This document shows, piece after piece, positions 31,515 to 40,843 of a DNA stretch of 64,000 nt. Position 1 is the stretch's first letter, and each line of letters begins with the position of its first letter. The stretch is from an uncultured Erysipelotrichaceae bacterium. Lineage in GTDB: Bacteria; Bacillota_I; Bacilli_A; RFN20; CAG-826. The stretch spans positions 32,580 to 96,579 of the forward strand of contig ONAT01000004.1 of assembly GCA_900315885.1 (NCBI GenBank). Direction: 5' to 3'. Under the pieces are notes generated by a model that was not told the origin of the DNA, searched no databases, and worked only from the letters and a program-made list of their open reading frames with translations. The translations under genes were made by a program, and so were the position numbers.

Positions 31515-32741
31515 ATGAAAAAGACTAGATTAAAAAAATATGCAGAATTAATAGTTAAAATGGGCATTAATGTTCAAAAAGGACAAGATGTTATTATTAA
31601 CTGTGGTTTAGACCAACCAGAATTTGTAAAAATGGTCGTAGATTATTGCTATAAGTTTGGAGCAAGAAAAGTAACTGTTGATTGGTATTATCAACCACTT
31701 GATAAATTACACAACCGCTATTGCTCTATTAAGACTTTAGCTTCAGTAGAAAAATGGCAATTAGAAAAATGGCAACATCGTGTTGATACTTTGCCTGCTA
31801 TTCTTTTTATTGACAGTGATAATCCAGATGGTTTAAAGGGAATTAATGAAGAAAAATCTGCGAAAGCACGTATGAAGTCATATCCATTAATTAAACCATT
31901 CCGTGATGCAATGGAAAACAAATATCAATGGTGTATAGCAGCAGTTCCTGGCAAAGAATGGGCTAAAAAAATATTTCCGAATTTATCAACTGCTAAAGCA
32001 ATGGAAAAACTATGGGAAGCAATTTTATATACCGCTCGTGTAGATGAAGATCCAATTAAGGCTTGGGAATTACATAATAAGGATTTAGCGGATAGATGTG
32101 CTTATTTAAATAGTTTGCATTTAAAGAATTTATATTATAAATCCAATAATGGAACAAACTTTAGAGTAGGACTATTGCCTAATGCTCTATTTATGGGAGG
32201 AGAAGAAGTCACTCTTGACCGCAATATTCACTTCAACCCAAATATTCCATCAGAAGAATGTTTTACTTCTCCAAGAAAAGGTGATATTGAGGGTGTAGTT
32301 TATGCCTCAAAACCTCTTTCTTATAATGGACAATTAATTGAAAACTTCTGGTTCAAATTTGAAAATGGTAGAGTTACGGAAGTACATGCTGAAAAAGGTG
32401 AAGAAGTATTACGTCATATGGTGAAAATGGATGATGGTGCTTCAATGTTAGGAGAGGTTGCCTTAATCCCATATAAGTCACCAATTTCAGATTTAAATAT
32501 TTTATTTTACAATACATTATTTGATGAAAATGCTTCATGTCACTTAGCTTTAGGAACAGGCTTCACTAATGCGATTAAAGATTTTGAAAAATACACTAAT
32601 GAAGAATTACATGAAATGGGCATTAATGAATCAATGATTCACGTCGACTTTATGATTGGTAACAAAGATTTATCAATTGTCGGTGAGACAATGTCTGGCG
32701 AGAAAATACAAATCTTTAAAGATGGCAACTGGGCTTTCTAA
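31515..32741 (+). CDS. M29 family aminopeptidase (AmpS/PepS type)
   Basis: LKKYAELIVKMGINVQKGQDV N-terminus and C-terminal HLALG...IHVDFMIG metal-site region. Confidence 0.85.
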   Translation: MKKTRLKKYAELIVKMGINVQKGQDVIINCGLDQPEFVKMVVDYCYKFGARKVTVDWYYQPLDKLHNRYCSIKTLASVEKWQLEKWQHRVDTLPAILFIDSDNPDGLKGINEEKSAKARMKSYPLIKPFRDAMENKYQWCIAAVPGKEWAKKIFPNLSTAKAMEKLWEAILYTARVDEDPIKAWELHNKDLADRCAYLNSLHLKNLYYKSNNGTNFRVGLLPNALFMGGEEVTLDRNIHFNPNIPSEECFTSPRKGDIEGVVYASKPLSYNGQLIENFWFKFENGRVTEVHAEKGEEVLRHMVKMDDGASMLGEVALIPYKSPISDLNILFYNTLFDENASCHLALGTGFTNAIKDFEKYTNEELHEMGINESMIHVDFMIGNKDLSIVGETMSGEKIQIFKDGNWAF

Positions 32742-32752
32742 TATCAACAATT

Positions 32753-32779
32753 AAGCATCTCAATTGAGGTGCTTTTTTA
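32753..32779 (+). terminator. Rho-independent terminator ending the core block
   Basis: AGCATCTC / GAGGTGCT hairpin (one G-T pair) followed by TTTTTT. Confidence 0.65.
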
Positions 32780-32797
32780 TTGCTCCTTTTGAAAAAA

Positions 32798-32816
32798 TGT
32801 CTTTTCTTAAAAGACA
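32798..32816 (+). repeat. 19-bp palindrome copy 1: TGTCTTTT-CTT-AAAAGACA
   Basis: Perfect 8-3-8 inverted repeat. The right half overlaps a -35-like AAGACA. Confidence 0.9.
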
Positions 32817-32838
32817 AATAGGTTAAACCAGTTATAAT
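32811..32838 (+). promoter_or_regulatory. Candidate promoter AAGACA-16 nt-TATAAT for the HTH gene
   Basis: Perfect -10 TATAAT at 32833-32838. The -35-like hexamer is embedded in palindrome copy 1. Confidence 0.35.
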
Positions 32839-32877
32839 TTAATTACTTATATATGAGGGTAAAGTATTATAAGAAAG

Positions 32878-33135
32878 GTGCTTTTTATTTTAAAGGGACA
32901 ATATAAAGCCAAAATTGTATTGGGAAGTGAAGATGTGCTAGAAAGAGTTTACCAATATTACATAATGCACGATATTGATAAGAGTGATACAAAAGCAATC
33001 GTCTTTGAAAAAGTTTATCTTGTAAAAGAAAGATATTCTATGGACGAAATTGCTATTTTAGCAAACACTTCTGAAAGTACAATAAGGCGTACAATTAGGT
33101 CATTTAGTAGCCTAATAAAGAAGCTAATTAACTAA
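32878..33135 (+). CDS. Small sigma-70 region-4-like helix-turn-helix protein
   Basis: C-terminal ...VYLVKERYSMDEIAILANTSESTIRRTIRSFSSLIKKL fits the region 4.2 HTH pattern. The start is uncertain (GTG 32878 or GTG 32935). Confidence 0.55.
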   Translation: MLFILKGQYKAKIVLGSEDVLERVYQYYIMHDIDKSDTKAIVFEKVYLVKERYSMDEIAILANTSESTIRRTIRSFSSLIKKLIN

Positions 33136-33164
33136 AATGCTTACGCCCTTATATCATAAGTATT

Positions 33165-33198
33165 AAAGAGAGATTTTATCATGAATCTCTCTTTTTTT
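33165..33198 (+). terminator. Rho-independent terminator after the HTH gene
   Basis: AAAGAGAGATT / AATCTCTCTTT hairpin followed by a T-run. Confidence 0.7.
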
Positions 33199-33269
33199 AC
33201 CTAGCAAATGTTGCAAGGAACTTGTCAAAATATGTCGAATTATAATGAAAACAAAGGAGGGTGAAATAA

Positions 33270-33737
33270 GTGAATTTTGATAATTTAAAACCATATGAAT
33301 TCTTTTTTAGTGTTGGTTATGTAACTTTAATAGCGAGTGTATTGACACTTGTAATTACGCAGTTAATAAAAAAGATCTTAACTAAAAAAGGAATTCTATA
33401 TGAAGGTATGGAACAAAGCAAAAGAGATATGTTTTTGTCACGCATTGGACGCATTGTTGCATTATTAAGCTATGTTGCAATTTATCTAATTAACGCATTC
33501 TTAACTAAGCATACTTTGGTGTTAGACAAATCTCTTCTTGCAGGTTTACTGAGTGGAGCATCATTAACTCTTGTTATTGCAAAATCAATTTATACTTCGC
33601 TACATCAATATTTTAAAAAGAAAAATGTTTTTGAGCGACTTGAGTGTTTAGAAAAAGTAATTGATGTTTTAGAAAATGAAGTAAATCAAGATGAAAAAGA
33701 GAAAGTAAATAAATGGCTATTAACTAATAATAAATAG
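33270..33737 (+). CDS. Small 3-TM membrane protein with charged C-terminal tail (holin-like topology)
   Basis: AAGGAGG then GTG 33270. Three hydrophobic segments: FFFSVGYVTLIASVLTLVITQLI, IGRIVALLSYVAIYLINAFL, LLAGLLSGASLTLVIAKSIY. The tail is ...ENEVNQDEKEKVNKW. It ends 9 nt before the Rhs gene. Confidence 0.6.
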   Translation: MNFDNLKPYEFFFSVGYVTLIASVLTLVITQLIKKILTKKGILYEGMEQSKRDMFLSRIGRIVALLSYVAIYLINAFLTKHTLVLDKSLLAGLLSGASLTLVIAKSIYTSLHQYFKKKNVFERLECLEKVIDVLENEVNQDEKEKVNKWLLTNNK

Positions 33738-33746
33738 GAGGACAAC

Positions 33747-36700
33747 ATGAAAAAGATAATAGTAAAAGAAAGTACAAATGAAGTTATAGATTCTTCTATA
33801 AAAGAAGAAAACAAAATCAAAAAAGATGAAAAACAAAAATTTTTTGATATAAAATTTGAAAACAATTTAAAGAATAAAAAAGTTTTTAGTTTAACAAAGG
33901 ACAAACACCAAGTAGATTTATCATTTCTTGGTAGAAAAGGAAAAGAATTAAGTAATGCACAAGGTGTAGAAATTGGTAATCATGTAAAATACACAAATTT
34001 TGAAAAAGGGTTAGATTTATCGTATGACTATCAAGATAATCTTGTTAAGGAAAGTGTAATTATTAATGAAAGAAAAGATAATTATGATTTTAGTTTCTCT
34101 TTAAACATTGGAGAGTTAAAACCAATATATAATTCTGAAACAAGGACATTAGAATTAAAAAATAATGGTAACACAATTTATCGCATTCTTAGCCCATTTA
34201 TGGTCGATAAAAACAATGTAAGAAGTGATGATTGTTCTTATGAAATTGAACAACAAGATAGTAATTTGATGATTAATTTACATTGTGATTCCGATTGGAT
34301 TAATGATGAGAGTCGAGTGTTTCCAGTAGTGGTAGATCCTACAATTGAAGTTGTAGGAGATGTTATACATGTTAAACAATATGTTGATGATAGTATTGAA
34401 GAATCTAGAGGGCTTAAAATTGGGTTAGATAGGTATGGAGTTTATGATTTAGAATTTGTCGTTAACTGCAGTTTGCTTAAAAAGAATATAAATGACTTTA
34501 GTAGAGTTGTTATATCATTGCAGGTTATGTCACATTTAAATGACATGATGTCATCAAATCAAGAGTATCAACTAACTTTTGGTAATAACAAAATATATGC
34601 AATAAGGCATAGCGATATAAAAGATGTCGTTAGATTTGATATTACTGATTTGGTCCTTGAAACATCTACAAACCTTAACTTAAAATTCGGCCCTGTAACA
34701 AGAGATTCTACTATTCAAAAAATAAATGGTAAAGTAATTTATAGATCATTTAAAACCTACTTTTATCCTTTTAGTTATAGTAAAGATGAAAGTAAAAAAT
34801 CAGAACTCATTATTGAATATGATAAGAAAAAGTGTTTTAACAATATAAAAGATTATAATGTTGGTAAATTAAATAGTTTGCTAATCGATATAAGAAATGG
34901 TGATTATAAAATTATTAATGATTTAGACTTTAAGCTTAAGTCGAACACTATTGATTTCGATGTGAAAGCTGTTTATGACAATCAAAATTCAAATAATTAT
35001 TACATGAGTGACTATTGGAAAACCAATTTACATCAAATTTTAGAGAAACCATCTTCTTATCAAAGTGTTTTAGGCGCAACACGAATTACTTATGTTGATG
35101 GCCTAAACAAAAAACATATTCTTATGACAAAATGGTATTATGTAAAAAATAACCAAAAGAACTATGTTCAAAAAAAAGATATATATTTAGATAGCGATGG
35201 AAAGCTCAAATATAATAAAGATGGTCAAGTTTATGAAATTAAAAGCGAAACCACTAATGAAGAAGGTATTACATATGCATCAGGAAATGACATTTCTAAT
35301 TTCAATCAATTAAAGGATTCAACAAAATATCATTACGAGATTAAATGTGGAGTTGGGACAATAAGTGATATCCAAATAATTAATTATACTAGAATTAAAA
35401 TACCAAAATATGTGGAACAAATTGATAGCAATGGAACAGAAGAAGACATTAGATTTGAAAACATAGATATTATAAATGGAAAGTCATTAATTTCCGGAAA
35501 CAATGTCATATTAAAAGGAACACAAGAAGTTGCATTAAAAGCAGACGGAGATGGTCTCTACTTTAAATATCAAGTATATATTGATGATGAAGTTTGCATA
35601 GAAGAACAACGAGTGGATATTAAACCAGATTTAGATAATTATGACGCAAACGATGATATCTATTTAAATGAAGATATCTTAAATATTAATTCACAAATTA
35701 AAAGTATAGAGAACTCTAAAAGACAAGCATATCTATCACTAAATTCTGCGATTACATCAATTCGTAATTTAGATGAACAAATTACATATCAATGGCGACT
35801 TATTGCTAGAACTGGCACTAAAGAATATGATGCTGAATTTAAACGTTTATATGAAGATAATAGTATAGGAATGAAAACTTTAAAAAGTTTTATTACAAAA
35901 TGCAACGATAGTGAAGATTTAAATGGTGCATTTAAATTGGATAGTAATGGCAAATTACAAGTTGTATTAGCGGATAAGGTTAGTGAAACGAAAAATGCAG
36001 GAACTGTATTAAGTGTCATTTCAAATTATTTAACATTATTAGGTAACAAGATTACTTTGCTAAATAAAACTATTGAAAAAGATTACTCCGGTGACTATGA
36101 AAGTTTTCAATTAAAATTATTGAATCGTCAATATAACGATGCAAAAGAACAAATGGAATTAATGATAAATAGTTGCTTTGAATATGATAAACAACTAGAT
36201 TATTTAAAAGGGCAAAAGAATCAATTAGTAAATAGTCAAAAGAAAGAAATAAATGACTTTATTATTGATAAAGATGGCAACACTCTTGGATTTGATGGTT
36301 ACGGACATTTAATTCTTATTCAGGACAGATATGAAAATAAAATAAATATTGAATATGATTATGATGATATTGAGACGGGTAGATTAAGTAGAGTCATAAG
36401 TGATATGAATACTTTAGAATATCATTACAATAAAGTTACTAAATTGTTAGATTATATTGGCGATTCAAGAGGAGTAAATACTAAATTTGTATATATCGGT
36501 GATGAAGAATTGCAATTAAGTTCAATCGCTGGGGCAAAAGAAACCACTACATTTAGTTATGGTAATACTTTCATAATAAAAACGTTATTAAATAGTCTTA
36601 AGTTAATTCATAATGACGATGATACAGTTAGTGTTAAAGAGTATTATTTAAACACAAAAATTGGTGAGAATATAACTTTTGATAGTTCTGTAGACGAAAT

Positions 36701-39700
36701 TAATACAACTGATGATTTATATATTTTTGATACAACAAGTTATTTAAAAACAATTATTAGAGATAAGAAAACAAATAATAGTAATGATTTAAATGAAACG
36801 AAAGAAGATGAAGTATATTACTTTTCATCATCTGGAAAATGTGTTAAGAATGTAACTGATGAATTTGTAAACGTATCTTATTACAATCTTGACTTACTTA
36901 AACAAGAGGCAACTTATAGAAATAACGATGAAGTGATTATAAAGCCATTAACAATATATGGAGAAAGTCATGAATATAGTTTCGATTTGACTAGTAACAA
37001 TAATGAGTTATTAAACAAGATAAAGCAAGCAGACCTTATTGGACTTAAATTAGTTTTAAACACAGGAAATGTTGATAACATAGGTATTCTTGATTTGGCT
37101 TTAAGAGTTGATGTTACTACGAGCACTAATAAAGTTGAAACCTTCAGCGAGTCATTCCAAGAGCTTAAACTCCAAGAAGTTGTGTTACCTATTTTTGTTA
37201 ATACAAGTAATATCAAAAAGTTAGTCATAAATGTTACGAGTAAGTCTAGTGACTTCAATGATAGTTATATAGATGTTCTTGACCTTATTGCCTTAGAAAA
37301 TGGTGCCACTTATAAATACGATAATAAAGATAGGTTGATATATAAACAAGATAAAGAAGCAAAGATAACTTATAGCGATTTCGATGCTCATGACAACCCT
37401 TTACAATCAGTTAGTGTTGATAAGTATGACGCAACAGTGACTACTAAATATGCATACGATGTTGAAAATAGATTGACATACGTTGAAGATTCTTTAGGCA
37501 ATGTTAACGAATATTATTACGATGATAATGGACAATGCATTAAAAAGAGATCGTATAATAAAGAAGATGCTTCTTTAGTGCGTCAAGAAACATATGAATA
37601 TGATGATAAAGGACGTATTAAAGATAAAAAAGGACCAATTAAAAATAAAAATAAGGACTATCCTTTAGAACATATTGAATACTTACCTCATAGTGAAGTA
37701 ACCTCAAAGGTTATAGGATATAATAAACTAGCTACAAATTATACCTATGACTATTTAACTAATGACTTATTGTCAATAAGTGCAAGTGCAGATGGTATTA
37801 GTAATTCAAATTCATTTGGCTATACAAAGGGTTTCTTGACATCTGTTTCAAGTCGTGGAGTTAAGGTTAAGTATGTGTATGATGGAAGAGGCAGAATTGA
37901 GTCTATATATCTTAATGATGATAGTGAAGACAATATTGATGGTGATATTGAAGATGATAAAAAGGCTTTTATAAGTAATGCTTATGTCGACAATTATAAT
38001 AGTAATCCAAGTAGTCTAGAAAACGACTTAAATATTAAATATGGCACATATCAAAAATCCACATATAAAAATGGATTAGAGGAAGGCATCTTTACTAACT
38101 CAAAAGGCCAAGTTTTAAGAGTGGAAACTGAAGAAACGGATAGAACTATTAGAATTGATAATACATATGATTCAAATGGTAATATTACAAATACACAAAG
38201 CACAATAACTGAAGGCGATGTTGTAACAACAGAAGATGTTACTTACACATATGATAGTCATAAAAAATTAACTAAAATGGTTAAAAAGATTGATGATGAA
38301 AGTGTATATGAAATAGAGTATGAATATAACGATAGAGATTTAATGGATGGCGAAACTATAAAACTAGATGGTGAAGACATTGAGACTGGATATGATTATG
38401 ATTTAAAAAGAAGGATAACACATGCTCTTCAAGATAATTACAATTGTGATATTACATATGATGCCCTAGATCGTATTACTCATAAAGAAGTCGGAGAAGG
38501 TAACGTTACGATTTGTCATACGTACTCTTATCTTAAAGAAGAAGATAATAGTTTAGATTTAATCGCTAGTGATATCGTTAAAGTCAAAGTGGTAAATGGT
38601 GATAATACAACTTATCAAATTGAAACTAATAGATATAGTTACGACGAAATGGGAAATATCATAGAAATAGATTGTGATGAAAGTAAAACAAGATATAAAT
38701 ATGATGCCTTAAGTAGATTAGAAAGAGAAGATAATCCATCTTTAAATAAAACTATAGTTTATAAGTATGATGAAAAAGGAAATGTCATTTTGAAAAAGAC
38801 CTATTCATATACATTAGATGATAAACTAGAAGAAACTCCTGTCATAGATGAGTATGTGTATTCATGTTCTAATTGGGGAGATCAATTGATTGATTATAAT
38901 GGTAAAACCTTTAAATATGACAATATGGGAAGACCATTAGTGTATAAAGGCGATACATGTACATGGAGTCAACGAGGTGAATTAAAGAGTGTAAAGAAAG
39001 ACAATCAAGAAGCATTTAAATACTATTATGACGCGAATGGTATACGAAACAAGAAAATAGTGAATGGCGTAGAAACAAAATTCGTAGTAGTGGGAACAAA
39101 GATACTAAAAAGCATCATAAAGGTAGGAAATGAAGAAAGAACAATAAAATACAAATACGTTCTAGATAAATTAGAAGGATTTGTATATACTAAAGATGGA
39201 ATATCAAAAGAGTATAGATACGAACGAAATATATTTGGAGATATTACAAGGCTATATAATAGTGAGGGAAGCATAGAAGCAACATATGTATATGATGCAT
39301 ATGGAAGGGTAAAAGTAATAAACTCAATAGGCGAAGAAGACACTAATATAGAATTCATAGGTAATATAAATCCATTTAGATATCGTGGATATTATTTTGA
39401 TATTGAAACAGGATTGTATTACTTAAATAGTAGATATTATGATCCAGAGTTAGGAAGATTTATAAGTCCAGATACAATGGAATATTTAAGCCCTAACAAT
39501 ATTAATGGATTGAATTTATATTGCTATTGTAATAATAATCCGATTAATAAATACGACTCTACAGGACACTTTGGAATTTGGGCAATTATAGGAATTGTAT
39601 GGGCTGCGATTCTTTTAGGAGGAGGGGCTCAATTGGCATCCAATGCACTTGCTGGTGAAACAGGTAGTGATTTATGGCGAGGAGTTGCTGGTTCAGCATT

Positions 39701-40130
39701 GGGTTCTGGTGTAAATGCATTGGCATTAATTTTGGCTCCATTTACTGGGGGAGCCTCATTAGCATTTGCCGCTGGGTTAGGGGCTGTGGTTCAAACTGGC
39801 GTTGATACACTCGAAACAGTTATTAGAGGCGAAAATGTGAATGGTTTGCAAACAGTTGCTGACCTAGGTATTAATTTTGTTACTACATTTGCTGGTAACT
39901 GGTTGGGGGCAAAATTGGTTCCTACGAACAGTGGTTGGTTTCAAACGAAAAATTTCTTGAGTGTATTTATAAAACCTTATGGACAAAAAATTTTATTACA
40001 AACTGCAATTGGTGCTGGACTATCAGGAACTGTCAATTTTGCAAGAAAATTTGACTGGAGTAGTATTGATTGGAGAAAGTTTGTACCAGCAATACCTGTT
40101 CCAATGATTCCAATTTATCCGTATTTTTAG
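33747..40130 (+). CDS. RHS/YD-repeat polymorphic toxin, 2127 aa, no N-terminal signal peptide
   Basis: AGGAGG RBS. Many YD repeats from about residue 845 onward (YEYDDKGRIKDK, YTYDSHKKL, YKYDALSRLERED, YVYDAYGRV). RHS core end RYYDPELGRFISPD...NLYCYCNNNPINKYDSTGH. Confidence 0.95.
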   Translation: MKKIIVKESTNEVIDSSIKEENKIKKDEKQKFFDIKFENNLKNKKVFSLTKDKHQVDLSFLGRKGKELSNAQGVEIGNHVKYTNFEKGLDLSYDYQDNLVKESVIINERKDNYDFSFSLNIGELKPIYNSETRTLELKNNGNTIYRILSPFMVDKNNVRSDDCSYEIEQQDSNLMINLHCDSDWINDESRVFPVVVDPTIEVVGDVIHVKQYVDDSIEESRGLKIGLDRYGVYDLEFVVNCSLLKKNINDFSRVVISLQVMSHLNDMMSSNQEYQLTFGNNKIYAIRHSDIKDVVRFDITDLVLETSTNLNLKFGPVTRDSTIQKINGKVIYRSFKTYFYPFSYSKDESKKSELIIEYDKKKCFNNIKDYNVGKLNSLLIDIRNGDYKIINDLDFKLKSNTIDFDVKAVYDNQNSNNYYMSDYWKTNLHQILEKPSSYQSVLGATRITYVDGLNKKHILMTKWYYVKNNQKNYVQKKDIYLDSDGKLKYNKDGQVYEIKSETTNEEGITYASGNDISNFNQLKDSTKYHYEIKCGVGTISDIQIINYTRIKIPKYVEQIDSNGTEEDIRFENIDIINGKSLISGNNVILKGTQEVALKADGDGLYFKYQVYIDDEVCIEEQRVDIKPDLDNYDANDDIYLNEDILNINSQIKSIENSKRQAYLSLNSAITSIRNLDEQITYQWRLIARTGTKEYDAEFKRLYEDNSIGMKTLKSFITKCNDSEDLNGAFKLDSNGKLQVVLADKVSETKNAGTVLSVISNYLTLLGNKITLLNKTIEKDYSGDYESFQLKLLNRQYNDAKEQMELMINSCFEYDKQLDYLKGQKNQLVNSQKKEINDFIIDKDGNTLGFDGYGHLILIQDRYENKINIEYDYDDIETGRLSRVISDMNTLEYHYNKVTKLLDYIGDSRGVNTKFVYIGDEELQLSSIAGAKETTTFSYGNTFIIKTLLNSLKLIHNDDDTVSVKEYYLNTKIGENITFDSSVDEINTTDDLYIFDTTSYLKTIIRDKKTNNSNDLNETKEDEVYYFSSSGKCVKNVTDEFVNVSYYNLDLLKQEATYRNNDEVIIKPLTIYGESHEYSFDLTSNNNELLNKIKQADLIGLKLVLNTGNVDNIGILDLALRVDVTTSTNKVETFSESFQELKLQEVVLPIFVNTSNIKKLVINVTSKSSDFNDSYIDVLDLIALENGATYKYDNKDRLIYKQDKEAKITYSDFDAHDNPLQSVSVDKYDATVTTKYAYDVENRLTYVEDSLGNVNEYYYDDNGQCIKKRSYNKEDASLVRQETYEYDDKGRIKDKKGPIKNKNKDYPLEHIEYLPHSEVTSKVIGYNKLATNYTYDYLTNDLLSISASADGISNSNSFGYTKGFLTSVSSRGVKVKYVYDGRGRIESIYLNDDSEDNIDGDIEDDKKAFISNAYVDNYNSNPSSLENDLNIKYGTYQKSTYKNGLEEGIFTNSKGQVLRVETEETDRTIRIDNTYDSNGNITNTQSTITEGDVVTTEDVTYTYDSHKKLTKMVKKIDDESVYEIEYEYNDRDLMDGETIKLDGEDIETGYDYDLKRRITHALQDNYNCDITYDALDRITHKEVGEGNVTICHTYSYLKEEDNSLDLIASDIVKVKVVNGDNTTYQIETNRYSYDEMGNIIEIDCDESKTRYKYDALSRLEREDNPSLNKTIVYKYDEKGNVILKKTYSYTLDDKLEETPVIDEYVYSCSNWGDQLIDYNGKTFKYDNMGRPLVYKGDTCTWSQRGELKSVKKDNQEAFKYYYDANGIRNKKIVNGVETKFVVVGTKILKSIIKVGNEERTIKYKYVLDKLEGFVYTKDGISKEYRYERNIFGDITRLYNSEGSIEATYVYDAYGRVKVINSIGEEDTNIEFIGNINPFRYRGYYFDIETGLYYLNSRYYDPELGRFISPDTMEYLSPNNINGLNLYCYCNNNPINKYDSTGHFGIWAIIGIVWAAILLGGGAQLASNALAGETGSDLWRGVAGSALGSGVNALALILAPFTGGASLAFAAGLGAVVQTGVDTLETVIRGENVNGLQTVADLGINFVTTFAGNWLGAKLVPTNSGWFQTKNFLSVFIKPYGQKILLQTAIGAGLSGTVNFARKFDWSSIDWRKFVPAIPVPMIPIYPYF
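39570..40127 (+). other. Rhs C-terminal toxin domain (186 aa, glycine/alanine-rich, hydrophobic)
   Basis: Starts right after the core-terminating NNPINKYDSTGH motif. Small-xxx-small glycine-zipper-like runs: LLGGGAQLASNALAG, GVAGSALGSGVNALALILAPFTGGASLAFAAGLGAVV, AIGAGLSG. Confidence 0.7.
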
Positions 40131-40140
40131 AGGTGAAAAT

Positions 40141-40528
40141 TATGATTATTAAAGATAAATTAATAAAAGAGTATCCGCTAACTAAAAAAATAGATTGTTC
40201 TTTTGAATGCTTTGAAGTTATGAAAAGAAGGTATGTTATTTTTTATGATGAAAAAATCAATAAAGAAAATATGGAATCTTTATTGGATGTATTTAATGAT
40301 AATTCGAAAAATAGCTTTACAGAAAAAAGAACATTAATTATAGTTGGGCATACGGATGAAAAGTTTAATAAAAAAGATTTATTGTTTTTTAACGGAGTTG
40401 ATACATTTGTTGTTTATTATTTAATAAATGATAACAACAAAGAAATTTACTTTAATGATCAAAGAGTGTTCTGGTTCAGTGTTGATTGGAAAAAAATAAT
40501 TAAAAAATTTAATGAAATATTAAAATAA
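40141..40528 (+). CDS. Candidate cognate immunity protein (129 aa, soluble)
   Basis: GAGGTGA RBS overlaps the Rhs stop, and the ATG is 10 nt after it. This is the canonical immunity position. No family recognised. Confidence 0.6.
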
Positions 40529-40555
40529 ATAGTGAATTTCTTTCACAAGCAAAAC

Positions 40556-40598
40556 TAGGTAAGTTTACTCAATGGGTAAGCTTACCTTTATTTTTTAT
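40556..40598 (+). terminator. Rho-independent terminator after the toxin-immunity pair
   Basis: AGGTAAGTTTAC / GTAAGCTTACCT hairpin followed by TTATTTTTT. Confidence 0.65.
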
Positions 40599-40620
40599 GG
40601 TATGGATTCAAAAATAGTCA

Positions 40621-40818
40621 AATTCACGATTTCTATTTACAAAAATCTTTTAAATATTTCATCTGAATGTTAAAATTAAAATAAAGATAGGGGTGAAATA
40701 ATACACGGGTTAATAATGTAATAACAATATAATGTAAAAAAATTAAAAAAATTCATATAATTATTTTCAAAATATTTATATACAATATTTTAGAAAATAT
40801 ATTAGTTAGCTAATTAGA
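40621..40818 (+). repeat. Direct repeat copy 1 (198 nt), upstream region of the 40844 cassette
   Basis: Aligns with 43444..43631. I count 4 substitutions, one 9-nt tandem duplication (AAAAAAATT) and a 1-nt indel. Confidence 0.9.
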
Positions 40819-40843
40819 CACATCAAAGGTTGGAAATTTAAGA

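Noticed and set aside
33270-33737. The holin-like gene as evidence for a prophage.
   Set aside because: The window has no capsid, tail, terminase, endolysin, integrase or repressor genes. The gene is tightly coupled to the Rhs gene instead.
35789-39358. Three minus-strand ORFs (35789..36019, 36968..37258, 39026..39358) inside the Rhs gene.
   Set aside because: They are antisense to a continuous 6.4-kb ORF with clear YD repeats, and they have no start signals. They are shadow ORFs.
40070-40140. Upstream extension of the immunity-candidate ORF (start 40070) overlapping the Rhs 3' end.
   Set aside because: ATG 40141 has a GAGGTGA RBS at ideal spacing. The extension overlaps the Rhs coding sequence in another frame.
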